Below are positions 43,691 through 53,923 of a stretch of 64,000 nt of DNA, piece after piece (position 1 is the stretch's first letter; each line of letters opens with the position of its first letter). A program made the position numbers and the translations under genes. The notes under the pieces were generated by a model. That model worked only from the letters and a program-made list of their open reading frames with translations. It made no database searches and was not told the origin of the DNA. The stretch comes from Phoronis australis (lineage: Eukaryota > Animalia > Phoronida): the NCBI GenBank assembly GCA_002633005.1, contig NMRA01000399.1:215570-279569 (forward strand). The letters are read 5' to 3'.

Positions 43691-46600
43691 GCACACACAC
43701 ACACACACGGGCACACANNNNNNNNNNNNNNNNNNNNNNNNNNNNNNNNNNNNNNNNNNNNNNNNNNNNNNNNNNNNNNNNNNNNNNNNNNNNNNNNNNN
43801 NNNNNNNNNNNNNNNNNNNNNNNNNNNNNNNNNNNNNNNNNNNNNNNNNNNNNNNNNNNNNNNNNNNNNNNNNNNNNNNNNNNNNNNNNNNNNNNNNNNN
43901 NNNNNNNNNNNNNNNNNNNNNNNNNNNNNNNNNNNNNNNNNNNNNNNNNNNNNNNNNNNNNNNNNNNNNNNNNNNNNNNNNNNNNNNNNNNNNNNNNNNN
44001 NNNNNNNNNNNNNNNNNNNNNNNNNNNNNNNNNNNNNNNNNNNNNNNNNNNNNNNNNNNNNNNNNNNNNNNNNNNNNNNNNNNNNNNNNNNNNNNNNNNN
44101 NNNNNNNNNNGAGTGTACGCGCGGATAGAGAGTGTACGCGCGGCTAGTGAGTGTACGCCCGGCTAGTGAATGTACGCGCGGATAGTGAGTGTACGCGCGG
44201 CTAGTGAGTGTACGCGCGGATAGTGAGTGTACGCGCGGATAGTGAGTGTACGCGTGGCTAGTGAGTGTACGCGTGGCTAGTGAGTGTATGCGCAGATAGT
44301 GAGTGTACGCGTGGATAGTGAGTGCCTTCCTCTTTAAACTAATGACTTTCTCACCTGTCCCTTGTTTAGCAGATGCTTCACTCCAAATGACATACATCCT
44401 AGCAACTCACTCTTACTGAAATGGAGACAGAAAATTATCATCACCGTGCCTGTTATTTAGTAGAGAAAACTGGTTCTCAAAATGCGCAACTATCACTGGT
44501 ACATGAGCCTACATGAAAAACACTTGACGGCTAAATCACAATCAAGGTCCATATTCGAGTGTTGACTGTGTTACAGTCTAGTATAATTTTTTTTGGTCAC
44601 TTACCAAATGCCAACTGAATCTCATAGGCAAAGAGTTATTTAGTTGTGCAAATTAAAAAAAAGGTTCATCAAATTCGGACGTTTGAGAAATTTATGCATG
44701 TTTTTGTTTATGAACTTCATGCATTTTTAGCGTTACGAGTGGCCATTTTAAAAATTACTATTTTCAACTGCCAACAGTAGAAAAGATATTTATTTTATTA
44801 AGTAAGAAATTGCTTAGATATCAGAATCACTTAGATGAAATTGTGCTTAATCATTGAGAAATGGTAGGGTTCATCATAAAACATGAACTAATTCTCAGTA
44901 CATTGTAAGTATTCTTTATAAACCTGACAAGTCACTGAAATGTAGTGTACATACCCCTGTGTAGTGTACATACCTTCAACCTCTGGGCTATAAAGTATTG
45001 TCCACAAGTATTTCTACATACTGCTGTTCTCATGAACAATATTGGTATTTCCAAAATGTGTCCAGTTTGACAAAAAAACAATGGACATTATCAAATTTGT
45101 GGGCAATAAATTGCCACACAGGACTTGGCTAGTACTTAACATTCTAGAAGACATGTCATGTGACAACTGATGTTGTAGAGGCAGGTTCTCTATCTCTCAA
45201 AACAACTTGCAACAAACCAACAAGTATAGAGACCAAAAAACTCGAGACCATCCCATACATTTGTAACTTAGTCAAAATTTGATGTTGATTGACTGTGCGT
45301 AGTTTAAGTACCCCCCAACCAGTACCATCTTTTACTGTTTACAAGTTGACAACTGGGCCTAGCATTGCTTTAACTGTTTTGACCACCTGGTGAATGTATT
45401 GAAAACTAGGCAAATAGCACCAATTGAGTTTCTGAAAAAAGTAGTTACTTGTCATTTTCTTTTTGTAAGAATGATATTGCAAGAGAAGAAGTTCTCATTA
45501 TACTGTGTTAAGATATGCAATGTATCATCATCTAGAACAACTTGATCAGTAGGGTAATAACTTTTCTTACTTTAGTATGTGATACTTCTTCAATTTGATC
45601 AAGAACTTATTAAATGAACAGCTACCTTATGAAATTTTGCGTGGTAGAAGTGGGCTGTGACCACAAGTTGTAGTGTACGTACCCTTTTATATAACTGTGA
45701 TGCATTACGCCAAAAATTTTATTCGTGGTTCTTGAGCAAAATATTTTAGATTACAAACATGGAATGATGGTACTTTAAAATAACCCAGCTTTTACAGTAA
45801 AATGACAATCTTCATTTTTCACCAAAAGTGGCCACCGAATATGGACCTTGATTGTCATTTGCCCATTGAGTAACAAATTGAAGTAAAAGTATTGTTTCCG
45901 AAATAGGTGCGTGGGCTCAAATACGCTAACATACAGCAATCACTTACAATGCGCATGACCCACCCGTGATCCCATGACCCACCTGTGATCCATGACCCAC
46001 CCGTGATCCCCATTACCCACCTGTGATCTCATGACACACCTGTGATCCCCATGACCCACCTGTGATCCTCGTCTCTATGCCAGGAAGATATCAATAACCT
46101 CTTCTCCCTGTCTGCCTCTAAGATCTCACTGTAAAACAAAGTGAGAACATTCTGTCAATCCAGTCGTCATGTCGCACCCTGTTGAACATGTCATGTCGCA
46201 CCCTGTTGAACATGTCTTAAAAATGAAATACTGTTTTCTGCTCCGTTTTATAAACTACAACTTCATTCTCACACTCATCTTGAACAAACAAGACATTAAT
46301 TACTGAAATTAAAATTGAAATCAAGTTTATTTCCCCTCAAGCAACTGAAACACAAGCATGACTTACAATGATTTGTTTGCAATCTGACAAAAGAACTATT
46401 TTTAATCATTTTTAATATCACGGGATATTTTTGCAAAACAAAAATGAGTATGCACCCCACAATAAAAAGGGGTAAAATAAAACAGGACATCTAGCGACCC
46501 ATCTGAGAGGAATGAGGGGAGAGCGAAGGGAAACAAAAAATATTTTGAGGACTGAGATTATGTAATGTAACATCAAATTAGTGTAACTCTCACTGAAGGG

Positions 46601-49600
46601 GCTGTAGCCAGTAGGAATGTGTCGTTGAGCAACATTTTTCAGCACAAAACAATTAATGGTGGAATCATATTTAGCTACTATGATAGCAAGCTTGTCTTGC
46701 AATCAGTCGTCCGGACGGGTACTTAAGAGTAGTCACTTTGTTCAACTGCTTCTGATGTCTATGTGTTATAAGCTTCGTGTTATGTGATAGTTTTGTCACT
46801 ATTGCTGTAGCAACATCATTGTGAAAACAAACCAAGCTTGCGTATGATTTGATTTCAAGTAATTAATGGAGCTCATTTTTAACTCACAATGAAAATTTCT
46901 GGTCGAACAACGGTTTGTTGGAGGCAGGCACGACATCCGTCTTGCATCGCGTTCTTTTTTCAGAGTCAGGAACCAAAGACAACTGAAAGAAACAAAAAGA
47001 GAAAGAAATCTGAAAGCAGCCAATATGGGTCAGGTGTCCTTTATTTACCCCAAGCCTCACCTGATGATCGTGAAATGTGTCGGAATCTTTCGGTTTTCAC
47101 CCAGCTCCCCCTCGTGTCACTTTGAGGCACAGGTTTCCAAATGAGTCGGGCACAGACTATGCTACTTCTGGCCTTACAAATAACTTCTGGAGTTTGCAAA
47201 CACTAACAAATTATGACCGCTGGAGACCGAACTTACAACTGCCATCTTGTCAGTTTACACACCCCAAGCAGACAAACAGGAAACAGATTGGTTTCACATC
47301 TACAGTGCCATCCACAGCATCCCGTCCACAGCATCCCGTCCAAGGCATTAGGTCCAGGGCATCCCGTCCAGGGCATCCCGTCCAGGGCATCCCGTCCACG
47401 GCATCCCATTCACAGCATCCCATCCAGACACAGCCTGCCTTAGTGCACCTTGCAGTAGTGTATCTTGCCCCACTTTTGAGTTGAGCGTCCACACACACAC
47501 ATATCCGATAACTAGGGTAAGGTGGAAGTTGTCGCTCTGTGCGTGACAATGAATGCCTAATGCGAGTACGACATGCAATAGAAAATGTTTGTAACCGCAG
47601 CTGATAATTACTTGCACCAGTTTCACACAGTGACTACAGGTGGCGCAAGTTACCTAAGAACAAGCTATCTCACCTCCATAATGTGGAGTAAATTGTCTCA
47701 AGTGGAGTAAGTTGTCACAAGTGGGGCAAGTTGTCACAAGTGGAGCAAGTTGTCACAAGTGGGGTAAGTTGTCACAAGTGTGGCAAGTTGTCACAAGTGG
47801 GGTAAGTTGTCATATGTGGAGTGAGTTGTCACAAGTGGAGTAAATTGTCATATGTGGAGTAAGTTGTCACACGTGGAGTGAGTTGTCACAAGTGGGGTAT
47901 GTTGTCACAAGTGGAGTAACCGTCCACACAGCACTCAAGCCTAGTGATAACTCGTTCCAGAAGTAACTTGTTCTGTGGCAAGTCTGAGTGTGGACAGCAC
48001 TTAAATAACAAGTGGAACTACTTGTTGATACTTAGGAGCTAGAAAATAATTAAGGATCGCCTTTACAGTAATGAGTAATATTGCAAAAAGCCCGGAGGGT
48101 GAAAACTCAAAAGCGCACCACTTTACAAAGAGAAATATCAAGATTCGAAAACAATTCACGCACACTAACTAGAACTGAAATTGAGCTTGTTTAGTCCAAT
48201 GTCTCTGGTCAGTCACAAAACTACCGAACAGAAAATATTCATTTCGGCAAAACCATTTACACTGTCTGATGAGGGGCGTGGAATGAACCACGATTAATGA
48301 GAGGCCCAAGTATTGCTCCGCAATTGACCATAAGGGTGTGCGGAATGTGTAAATTTACACTCAAAATGCAATCCTTAAGGTGGAAATTTCTTACAAAACA
48401 CCAACCACTGCAAGCAGTTTGTTTCAAAACACCGACTACTGCAGCAGTATGTTTCAAAACATCAACCACTGCAGCAGTTCATTCCAAAACATCAAACTTA
48501 CTCTCACATAAGAGTTGCAGTTTTCCTTCCACTTTGACCTCAAATGTCTCGACTGAATTACTGAAATGAAATGCAACAAGTTAAACATGACAGAGCAATA
48601 CCGGGTTTTGGCCACTAGGTGGAGCTTTGCCATGACGATGCAAAATCGCTACTGCAATTCTTCAATTCAAGTGCTGCCAACAACTAGACAATACAAGGTG
48701 TTTAAAATAATGCCATACACAATAATATCTCAAGAATTTCTGACAAAATGATAAAATTGCCAAAATTAACAATTTTCTTATTGTTAGAGGGTTTCTACCA
48801 TTGTTGTGAATGTTCACAACTTTGTGTGCTGTCTGATGGTACATGGTAGAGAGCTTTTTGTGCTGTCTGATGGTACCAATGGGAGAGGGCCTGAAAGGAC
48901 CAAAGCATTAGTTTGGTTATGGCTACCTTTCATGAAAAATGTTGAAAATAAAGTTATTTTTCCACCAGATTGTGACCCGATACAAGCAGCAAGAATTTCT
49001 CTTTCAAAAACTCTTAGGATCACAACTTGTTTGCATTCAAGGCCTCAAAAGGCTTTAGTAAGAATTGTCAGTCAATTCAAAATTTTTGGGATGGAGATTG
49101 AAAATTTTGGAAGTTTAAATCTGAGTGACGACAAATGATTTGCAACATGGAGGTCGACAATATAGTGAAAATTCTCTAGTTTGGAGTTTCTAAAATTTGA
49201 AACACCACAATTCAAGTAGAAATTGATTTTTTTTTTCATATGAACAATGGGACATGGGCTAAATCATAATATTTTTAAAATCAGACATTGGATTTTTAAA
49301 CCAGCGAAATCTGAAATTAGACTTGGCAGTTCATAAAATCATCAAGANTGACCATAAGGGTGTGCGGAATGTGTAAATTTACACTCAAAATGCAATCCTT
49401 AAGGTGGAAATTTCTTACAAAACACCAACCACTGCAGCAGTATGTTTCAAAACATCAACCACTGCAGCAGTTCATTCCAAAACATCACACTTACTCTAAC
49501 ATAAGAGTTGCAGTTTTCCTTCCACTTTGACCTCAAATGTCTCGACTGAATTACTGAAATGAAATGCAACAAGTTAAACATGACAGAGCAATACCGGGTT

Positions 49601-52600
49601 TTGGCCACTAGGTGGAGCTTTGCCATGAATTCGCTACTGCAATTCTTCAATTCAAGTGCTGCCAACAACTAGACAATACAAGGTGTTTAAAATAATGCCA
49701 TACACAATAATATCTCAAGAATTTCTGACAAAATGATAAAATTGCCAAAATTAACCATTTTCTTATTGTTAGAGGGTTTCTACCATTGTTGTGAATGTTC
49801 ACAACTTTGTGTGCTGTCTGATGGTACATGGTAGAGAGCTTTTTGTGGTGTCTGATGGTACCAATGGGAGAGGGCCTGAAAGGACCAAAGCATTAGTTTG
49901 GTTATGGCTACCTTTCATGAAAAATGTTGAAAATAAAGTTATTTTTCCACCAGATTGTGACCCGATACAAGCAGCAAGAATTTCTCTTTCAAAAACTCTT
50001 AGGATCACAACTTGTTTGCATTCAAGGCCTCAAAAGGCTTTAGTAAGAATTGTCAGTCAATTCAAAATTTTTGGGATGGAGATTGAAAATTTTGGAAGTT
50101 TAAATCTGAGTGACGACAAATGATTTGCAACATGGAGGTCGACAATATAGTGAAAATTCTCTAGTTTGGAGTTTCTAAAATTTGAAACACCACAATTCAA
50201 GTAGAAATTGATTTTTTTTTTCATATGAACAATGGGACATGGGCTAAATCATAATATTTTTAAAATCAGACATTGGATTTTTAAACCAGCGAAATCTGAA
50301 ATTAGACTTGGCAGTTCATAAAATCATCAAGAACAAGTTCAGACAATGCAATGTATTCATGAGTCCCTATTAGTGTGTAACAAGGTGAATGACTGTTTAG
50401 TGCGTAACAAGGTGAATGACTGTTTAGTGCGTAACAAGGTGAATGACTGTTTAGTGCGTAACAAGGTGAATGACTGTTTAGTGCGTAACAAGGTGAATGA
50501 CTGTTTAGTGCGTAACAAGGTGAATGACTGTTTGCCACAGATATAAAGTCTTGAATTTGGTAAAAGCCCCGACCTAGAGCAAAAATAATTTTTCACCCTC
50601 CCAAACTGAAGAAATTTTTACCGTACAAACAAAACCTGGTGAAATCAATATTGCACATGACTGTGACAACAGCCACTTGTCCACTCACTGTTTATTGTCA
50701 GAAGACCATGGTTCATGTACACCGATAACTTCAGCTGACCTGCAACAGTTATAAGAGAACATAACATTGTTATAATTTTTGAAACCATTGATAGAACTCA
50801 AACACAGTAGAGAAAATCACATATCTTACTTATCCACGGCAAAGTGATTAAGTGAAATGTCAGAGCTGTGTCCTTCCAGAAGCAGTACTCAATTCTAAAT
50901 GGTTTTAAATTACGAAAACATTTATAATATATTCCATCAAATTCCCCGATTCTGGTCGCAATAAGACATATTTAAGAAGTTGAATTCCAGGCTTTGAGAA
51001 GGTGGTGCTGTTCTTTATCAGGTTTACAGAAATAATAACTGTAACGCAGAGAAGTTATTGGTAAAATGGAGTTGTGGCGTCTTTCAGCGGAAAGTGCAAG
51101 ACATTTCTCAAAATCATTTTGATGTTACTTATCACTCAAGATTGTAAAATGGAATTTGCTAATTCACAAAATGGAAAAACAGAAGTATAATTCTACTAAA
51201 ATAGATTTCTCTGCTTTTGAAAATGGAAAACGGTTTCCGTTTATGCCCATAATGAAGTCACATGTGTTTGTTGATAACAGCTCTGTAATATGTAGTATGC
51301 CATTATGAAGTCAAGTTTTCTTTCCGTTTAATTTTGTTAAAAATTCTGACAAAATAATTTTCATCATTCCAAATTATTGTAATCTAAATTGAAGAAACTT
51401 CACAGTTACTTGCAATGAGAACCCGCTGCTACCCGCCAGAAACTTCTTCATCAATATGCAAATTGATCTACACTTTGACCTCTAGCTAAAGGTCATCAAC
51501 TGCATCTCTTCATTGCCCCTTTGCTGCTTTTAAAGCCATGGTCAGTCCAATAGATACACTCATCAAAATACAGCTGTACTCCAGCCATTGGAAGTGCTAG
51601 GAAGTAGTAGGAGACACGTACGTCACTGTTGGCCATCATTATGTTATGGATTTGAACGATTCTGGCCTGTCTACCTTCAGTTCATTTCAATGCTTTTATT
51701 TACTGACCTCTTACAAGGCCTGCTTAGTCAAGATAACACAATGAGGTTACCATAGAAAAACACATACATGGTGAGCTTAAAGTTTTTGAAATTAAGGGCG
51801 CCAACACACTTCTAAGCTCCGACATAAGAAGAATGTTTTATAAATTACATTCGGCGGTTCAATTTTCATGTTTGCATTTCAACTCAGACTGCAACAGTGA
51901 AACTGGACGTGCAGCATTGTAGGTAAATACTACCGAATCAAAGACCCAATTCAAATCACTGACAGCATTGTATAAACAAACAACATTGCCTGGGCCATGG
52001 CTCAGTTTTGACCATTAGTCACCTCTGGCAGACGAACTTCGAAGACGCCATGCACTGCAGACATTGCAAACGGAAATGTAGGCCTATCGGTTTGGCACTA
52101 AGTCACCTAAGTGGCCAGGTCTGTTCTGGTTTTCTGGCATCCAGCTATCATGCAATCGGAATTTGATTAGGCCTACTGAATCTGCACAGTCGACATTGTC
52201 TTTCATATTCACTAGCTTTGACCTTTACCTTTCAACCAATCTTATAACGCTGTTCACAATATTTAGCGATGTATGAGTAGATGTAGATGCTGATAACAGC
52301 CTGTTTAATTTCAACTCAAAAACAACACCGACAGAGAACAGCACGCACTTTTCACAAAAGCGTGATTGAAGTTGCTAGCTAGCGCCACCTGTCTGACAAT
52401 TCGAATACCAGAGTAATTGATTTTTTTTTGCGTGGACGTCTGATGATAACAGTGAATACATACTATTACAAATAAAATTTTGATTTTAAAAAATATTTGA
52501 GTGACCATGCCTTGAAGATATGTGAAAACCTGAAACTGGAAACTATTTTGAAGGGAAATCGAAAAACATAATTTTTATTTTTTATTATTTTTAATTTAAA

Positions 52601-53923
52601 AAAACAAAACAAAAGAATAACATTTATTCTCATCGTTTCAAGACAAAAATGGCAATATTTCCACGAAAGAGAGAATGGCTGTATTCGTTTTTATCATTGT
52701 TTATACTTCCCATAAGAAATATTACGGAAATCATTCTACAGGAGCTAGCATTTCACAATACATGATGATTTTACCAAGTATTTGCTATTCCTCCGATTAG
52801 TCTACAATACTTTATACATCAACTTGAGTCAAAGAAAGCAGAAATAAACAATACATTTTCCAATGCAACTTCTTTCTGAAGTAAGTAAAATGTTTATTTT
52901 AAGTAGATACAGCAAAAGAAAACATTGTTTTGAATGACGTAAACCGATCGAGTTTGTTGAACGATATCTATAGATATGCTTTATCAACAAGGAATATTCG
53001 TTACCACAATCACGGAAAGATGGTTATCCGCTGCTCAAACAAAGTGACGTTATTTTGAATTAACGAACGTGAGCAATCTGCTTTACGATCTACGGAGTAA
53101 GAACCACGGGTTGTATTCAAGGCAAGGTTCAAATTCTTGTTGACATAAAACTGGTAAATGTGCGACTAAATGTTTTTCAGCCACACTGAGAACAACTCTA
53201 CATTATCCATATATGAGTTTTTCGTTTCCTGTTGTGTTCTTTAAAAATGCAATGTTAATCACCAGAATATGAAAGCTCAGTGGCGTACTGGTTGTAACCA
53301 GATTCCAAAAATTATCAGGCCAATTCATATTTACTCAAGCGGACAATGCGGTATGTGTATAGTGAAACAGACCAGATGGTGAATCGCGGTATGTGTATAG
53401 TGAAACAGACCAGATGGTGAATCGCGGTCGGGAAACTACGGGAACACAGGAAAGTGACAGTGAAGCCATGGGTCTAAAAAGCATAAAACCTGAAGTCTTT
53501 TGCAGTAGCAGTAGCAACCGAAAGTAAAAACGTGAATAAACAAACGAAGGGCACCCGAATGTCATTAAAACTGAGCTAAGGACAGCAGTCAGTAGTTTGT
53601 GGGTTTGAAAATGGCGATAACTACTACCGTAAAAAGTAAATAGTATATGACAGGGGATTACTACCGTAAAAAGGTAACTGGGAGAGTATACCTAGCAGGC
53701 TTAATTCGACTAAACTACGGTCAGTCCGAACAGTAGCATGTGTACAGTACTTTTCTTCTGCATTACGACACAAGAGATAAAGGACAGATAGTCCGTTTCT
53801 ACCTTTATAAACCATGTGGACCGGTTCATTCTCTTTTCCAGTCCAAACGTCCTGTCTTTCCCTCAATTCCAAATACGGAAGTTCTCCACAGGTATCCGAA
53901 TCCGAACTTTCCGACTTGTCCAT
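28862..53923 (-). CDS. RGS3: Spliced RGS3-like gene, 18 exons, ~939 aa: C2 - PDZ - degenerate DH (RhoGEF) - PH - C-terminal tail; no RGS domain seen
   Basis: Hand-assembled exons all have GT..AG boundaries and consistent phases. Lengths 121+51+59+95+69+61+85+56+82+106+370+153+99+108+145+248+208+704=2820 nt, counting duplicated exons once. The C2 sequence GQLKLSVYMNHGLLTINIIQSRHL...CNSYVRLSLVPDSEKRTRCKTDVVPASNKPLFDQKFSF...KRLLISSW...ELLGCMSFGVKHLL...VSGWYHLLTESLGRRKHLRV closely resembles the RGS3 C2 domain as recalled (no search run). Orthology is inferred. Confidence 0.85.
30103..30310 (-). CDS. Exon 17, PH domain (VFQLHMSGRHLIYTGEITK…GLLFSDLLVLCRQEPDGFLTVVDSPVDL…)
   Basis: tccatag|...|gtgaga; R.LI..G and LFSDLLVL motifs of DH-associated PH domains. 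Confidence 0.92.
30552..30927. repeat. 42-bp minisatellite, ~9 copies (intron 16)
   Basis: Unit ATCACGCACATCTTCACATGATATTGATAATTGCTATGCAAT. Confidence 0.95.
30971..31150. repeat. 44-bp tandem repeat x4
   Basis: Unit AGTGTTCTCAGTCTACAGAGCTCAGCCCAGGTTGACCACTTACA. Confidence 0.95.
31730..31977 (-). CDS. Exon 16, Pro/Ser-rich DH-PH linker ending VDEEVLDIQRQLLFDTNVP
   Basis: ctctccag|...|gtgagt, phase 1->0, open frame. Confidence 0.87.
32692..32836 (-). CDS. Exon 15, DH CR3-like (EQSTDSGQLDIVDFIERPKHHVMELAHRLTSLDPSEVRHSQQMEMVLD)
   Basis: ctttag|...|gtaggt, phase 0->1. Confidence 0.85.
33419..33526 (-). CDS. Exon 14, DH (VQLLCNAYKDYCIGLSAARHLLMVLQQYPEFISFIK)
   Basis: cttacag|...|gtaaga; Y..YC.....A...L.......F..F DH pattern. 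Confidence 0.9.
34952..35050 (-). CDS. Exon 13 copy a (same peptide, synonymous CTG/CTA difference)
   Basis: Same splice sites as copy b; inside a block duplicated across the gap 36151-36494. Confidence 0.75.
35963..36150. repeat. 23-bp minisatellite running into gap
   Basis: Unit GCAAATTGCTGTAGGTAGTAACA. Confidence 0.93.
37857..37955 (-). CDS. Exon 13 copy b, DH (LVAISECHHKQLSELNPSQVQDYNIVMEIYLPK)
   Basis: cttgtag|...|gtaaac, 99 nt, phase 0->0. Confidence 0.82.
38355..38507 (-). CDS. Exon 12, DH domain CR1/CR2 (…IMNCEQDYINTMQCGIQRFSRPLRHHIISPHEYTTLFQNVEK)
   Basis: catcag|...|gtacct, phase 0->0; E..Y...M......F..PL and LF.N.E DH pattern. Confidence 0.88.
38741..39110 (-). CDS. Exon 11, PDZ last strand plus linker
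   Basis: tctgcag|...|gtatca, phase 2->0; overlaps track ORF 38645..39064. Confidence 0.85.
39843..40640. repeat. 31-bp minisatellite, ~25 copies (intron 10)
   Basis: Unit GTCGCAGTACATGGCAAGCACTGTGTGACTA; degenerates toward the exon 10 donor. Confidence 0.96.
40654..40759 (-). CDS. Exon 10, PDZ C-half (GSPASAAGLKEGDFIVRVNDHNVSRSTGDSVIRIL)
   Basis: cttacag|...|gtagga; GSPA..AGL..GD.I..VN PDZ motif; phase 1->2. Confidence 0.93.
41456..41537 (-). CDS. Exon 9, PDZ N-half (LSVRKGDYGLGFSVAGSCPCQVGKVDP)
   Basis: cttacag|...|gtgagg; GLGF loop; phase 0->1. Confidence 0.93.
41956..42011 (-). CDS. Exon 8, C2-PDZ linker (KKNIPEVNSECMFMDPIC)
   Basis: tttcag|...|gtgagt, phase 1->0, exactly bridging exons 7 and 9. 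Confidence 0.8.
42484..42568 (-). CDS. Exon 7, C2 end (TVSGWYHLLTESLGRRKHLRVVCAKVSA)
   Basis: tttcag|...|gtaagc, phase 0->1; GWY.LL...G..KHL.V motif. Confidence 0.92.
43500..43639. mobile_element. ~140-bp hairpin MITE
   Basis: TAAAACAACAATGGATCAACTGAAATTTTCGGATAT ... ATATCAGAAAATTTCAGTTGATCCATTATTGTTGTTTTA inverted termini; related partial copy at ~6400-6510. Confidence 0.75.
43639..44323. repeat. (CA)n microsatellite, gap 43718-44110, then 19-bp CpG-rich minisatellite
   Basis: Unit AGTGAGTGTACGCGCGGAT after the gap. Confidence 0.93.
44355..44415 (-). CDS. Exon 6, C2 (KSELLGCMSFGVKHLLNKGQ)
   Basis: tttcag|...|gtgaga, phase 2->0; GCMSFGV motif as in the RGS3 C2. Confidence 0.92.
44521..45872. 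mobile_element. Degenerate non-autonomous TIR element (~1.35 kb) in intron 5
   Basis: Left ACTTGACGGCTAAATCACAATCAAGGTCCATATTCG vs reverse complement of right end ACTCAATGGGCAAATGACAATCAAGGTCCATATTCG; TSD not resolved. Confidence 0.7.
45954..46068. repeat. ~19-bp repeat x6 containing the exon 5 splice donor
   Basis: Unit CATGACCCACCTGTGATCC (minus strand GGATCACAG|GTGGGTCATG). Confidence 0.9.
46060..46128 (-). CDS. Exon 5, C2 (EILEADREKRLLISSWHRDEDH)
   Basis: ttttacag|...|gtgggt, phase 2->2. Confidence 0.88.
46888..46982 (-). CDS. Exon 4, C2 (LSLVPDSEKRTRCKTDVVPASNKPLFDQKFS)
   Basis: tctttcag|...|gtgagt, phase 0->2; KT..V....P.F...F.F C2 motif. Confidence 0.92.
47683..47919. repeat. 19-bp minisatellite
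   Basis: Unit GTGGAGTAAGTTGTCACAA. Confidence 0.93.
48502..48560 (-). CDS. Exon 3 copy a (same peptide, synonymous GTG/GTT difference)
   Basis: tttcag|...|gtaagt, phase 1->0. Confidence 0.8.
49495..49553 (-). CDS. Exon 3 copy b (IIQSRHLRSKWKENCNSYVR), C2
   Basis: tttcag|...|gtaagt, phase 1->0; lies in a ~1-kb duplicated block. Confidence 0.8.
50369..50533. repeat. 27-bp minisatellite x6
   Basis: Unit AACAAGGTGAATGACTGTTTAGTGCGT. Confidence 0.94.
50689..50739 (-). CDS. Exon 2, C2 domain start (GQLKLSVYMNHGLLTIN)
   Basis: ttgcag|...|gtgagt, phase 1->1; typical first strands of a C2 domain. Confidence 0.9.
53803..53923 (-). CDS. Exon 1 (putative first coding exon) MDKSESSDSDTCGELPYLELRERQDVWTGKENEPVHMVYK(G)
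   Basis: ATG after an in-frame upstream stop; donor AAG|gtagaa in phase 1 matches exon 2. An alternative phase-1 donor (TAG|gtatac) gives an exon end at 53692. No homology support. Confidence 0.55.

Larger units (their letters stand above)
48325..50332. repeat. ~1-kb tandem duplication 48325-49347 / 49349-50332 joined at a single N, includes exon 3
   Basis: Near-identical copies with a few SNPs and indels; N at 49348. Confidence 0.93.

Noticed and set aside
35794-44397. Long ORFs of 186-273 aa at 35794-36578 and 43576-44397
   Set aside because: They read through N gaps and repeats
47061-47205. Possible extra exon ending CAG|gtgagg
   Set aside because: The only open frame noticed ends in phase 1 whereas exon 4 needs phase 0, and it would interrupt the C2 domain
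48806-50123. Duplicated 110-aa plus-strand ORFs
   Set aside because: Intronic, antisense to the gene, non-ATG start; identity is due only to the block duplication
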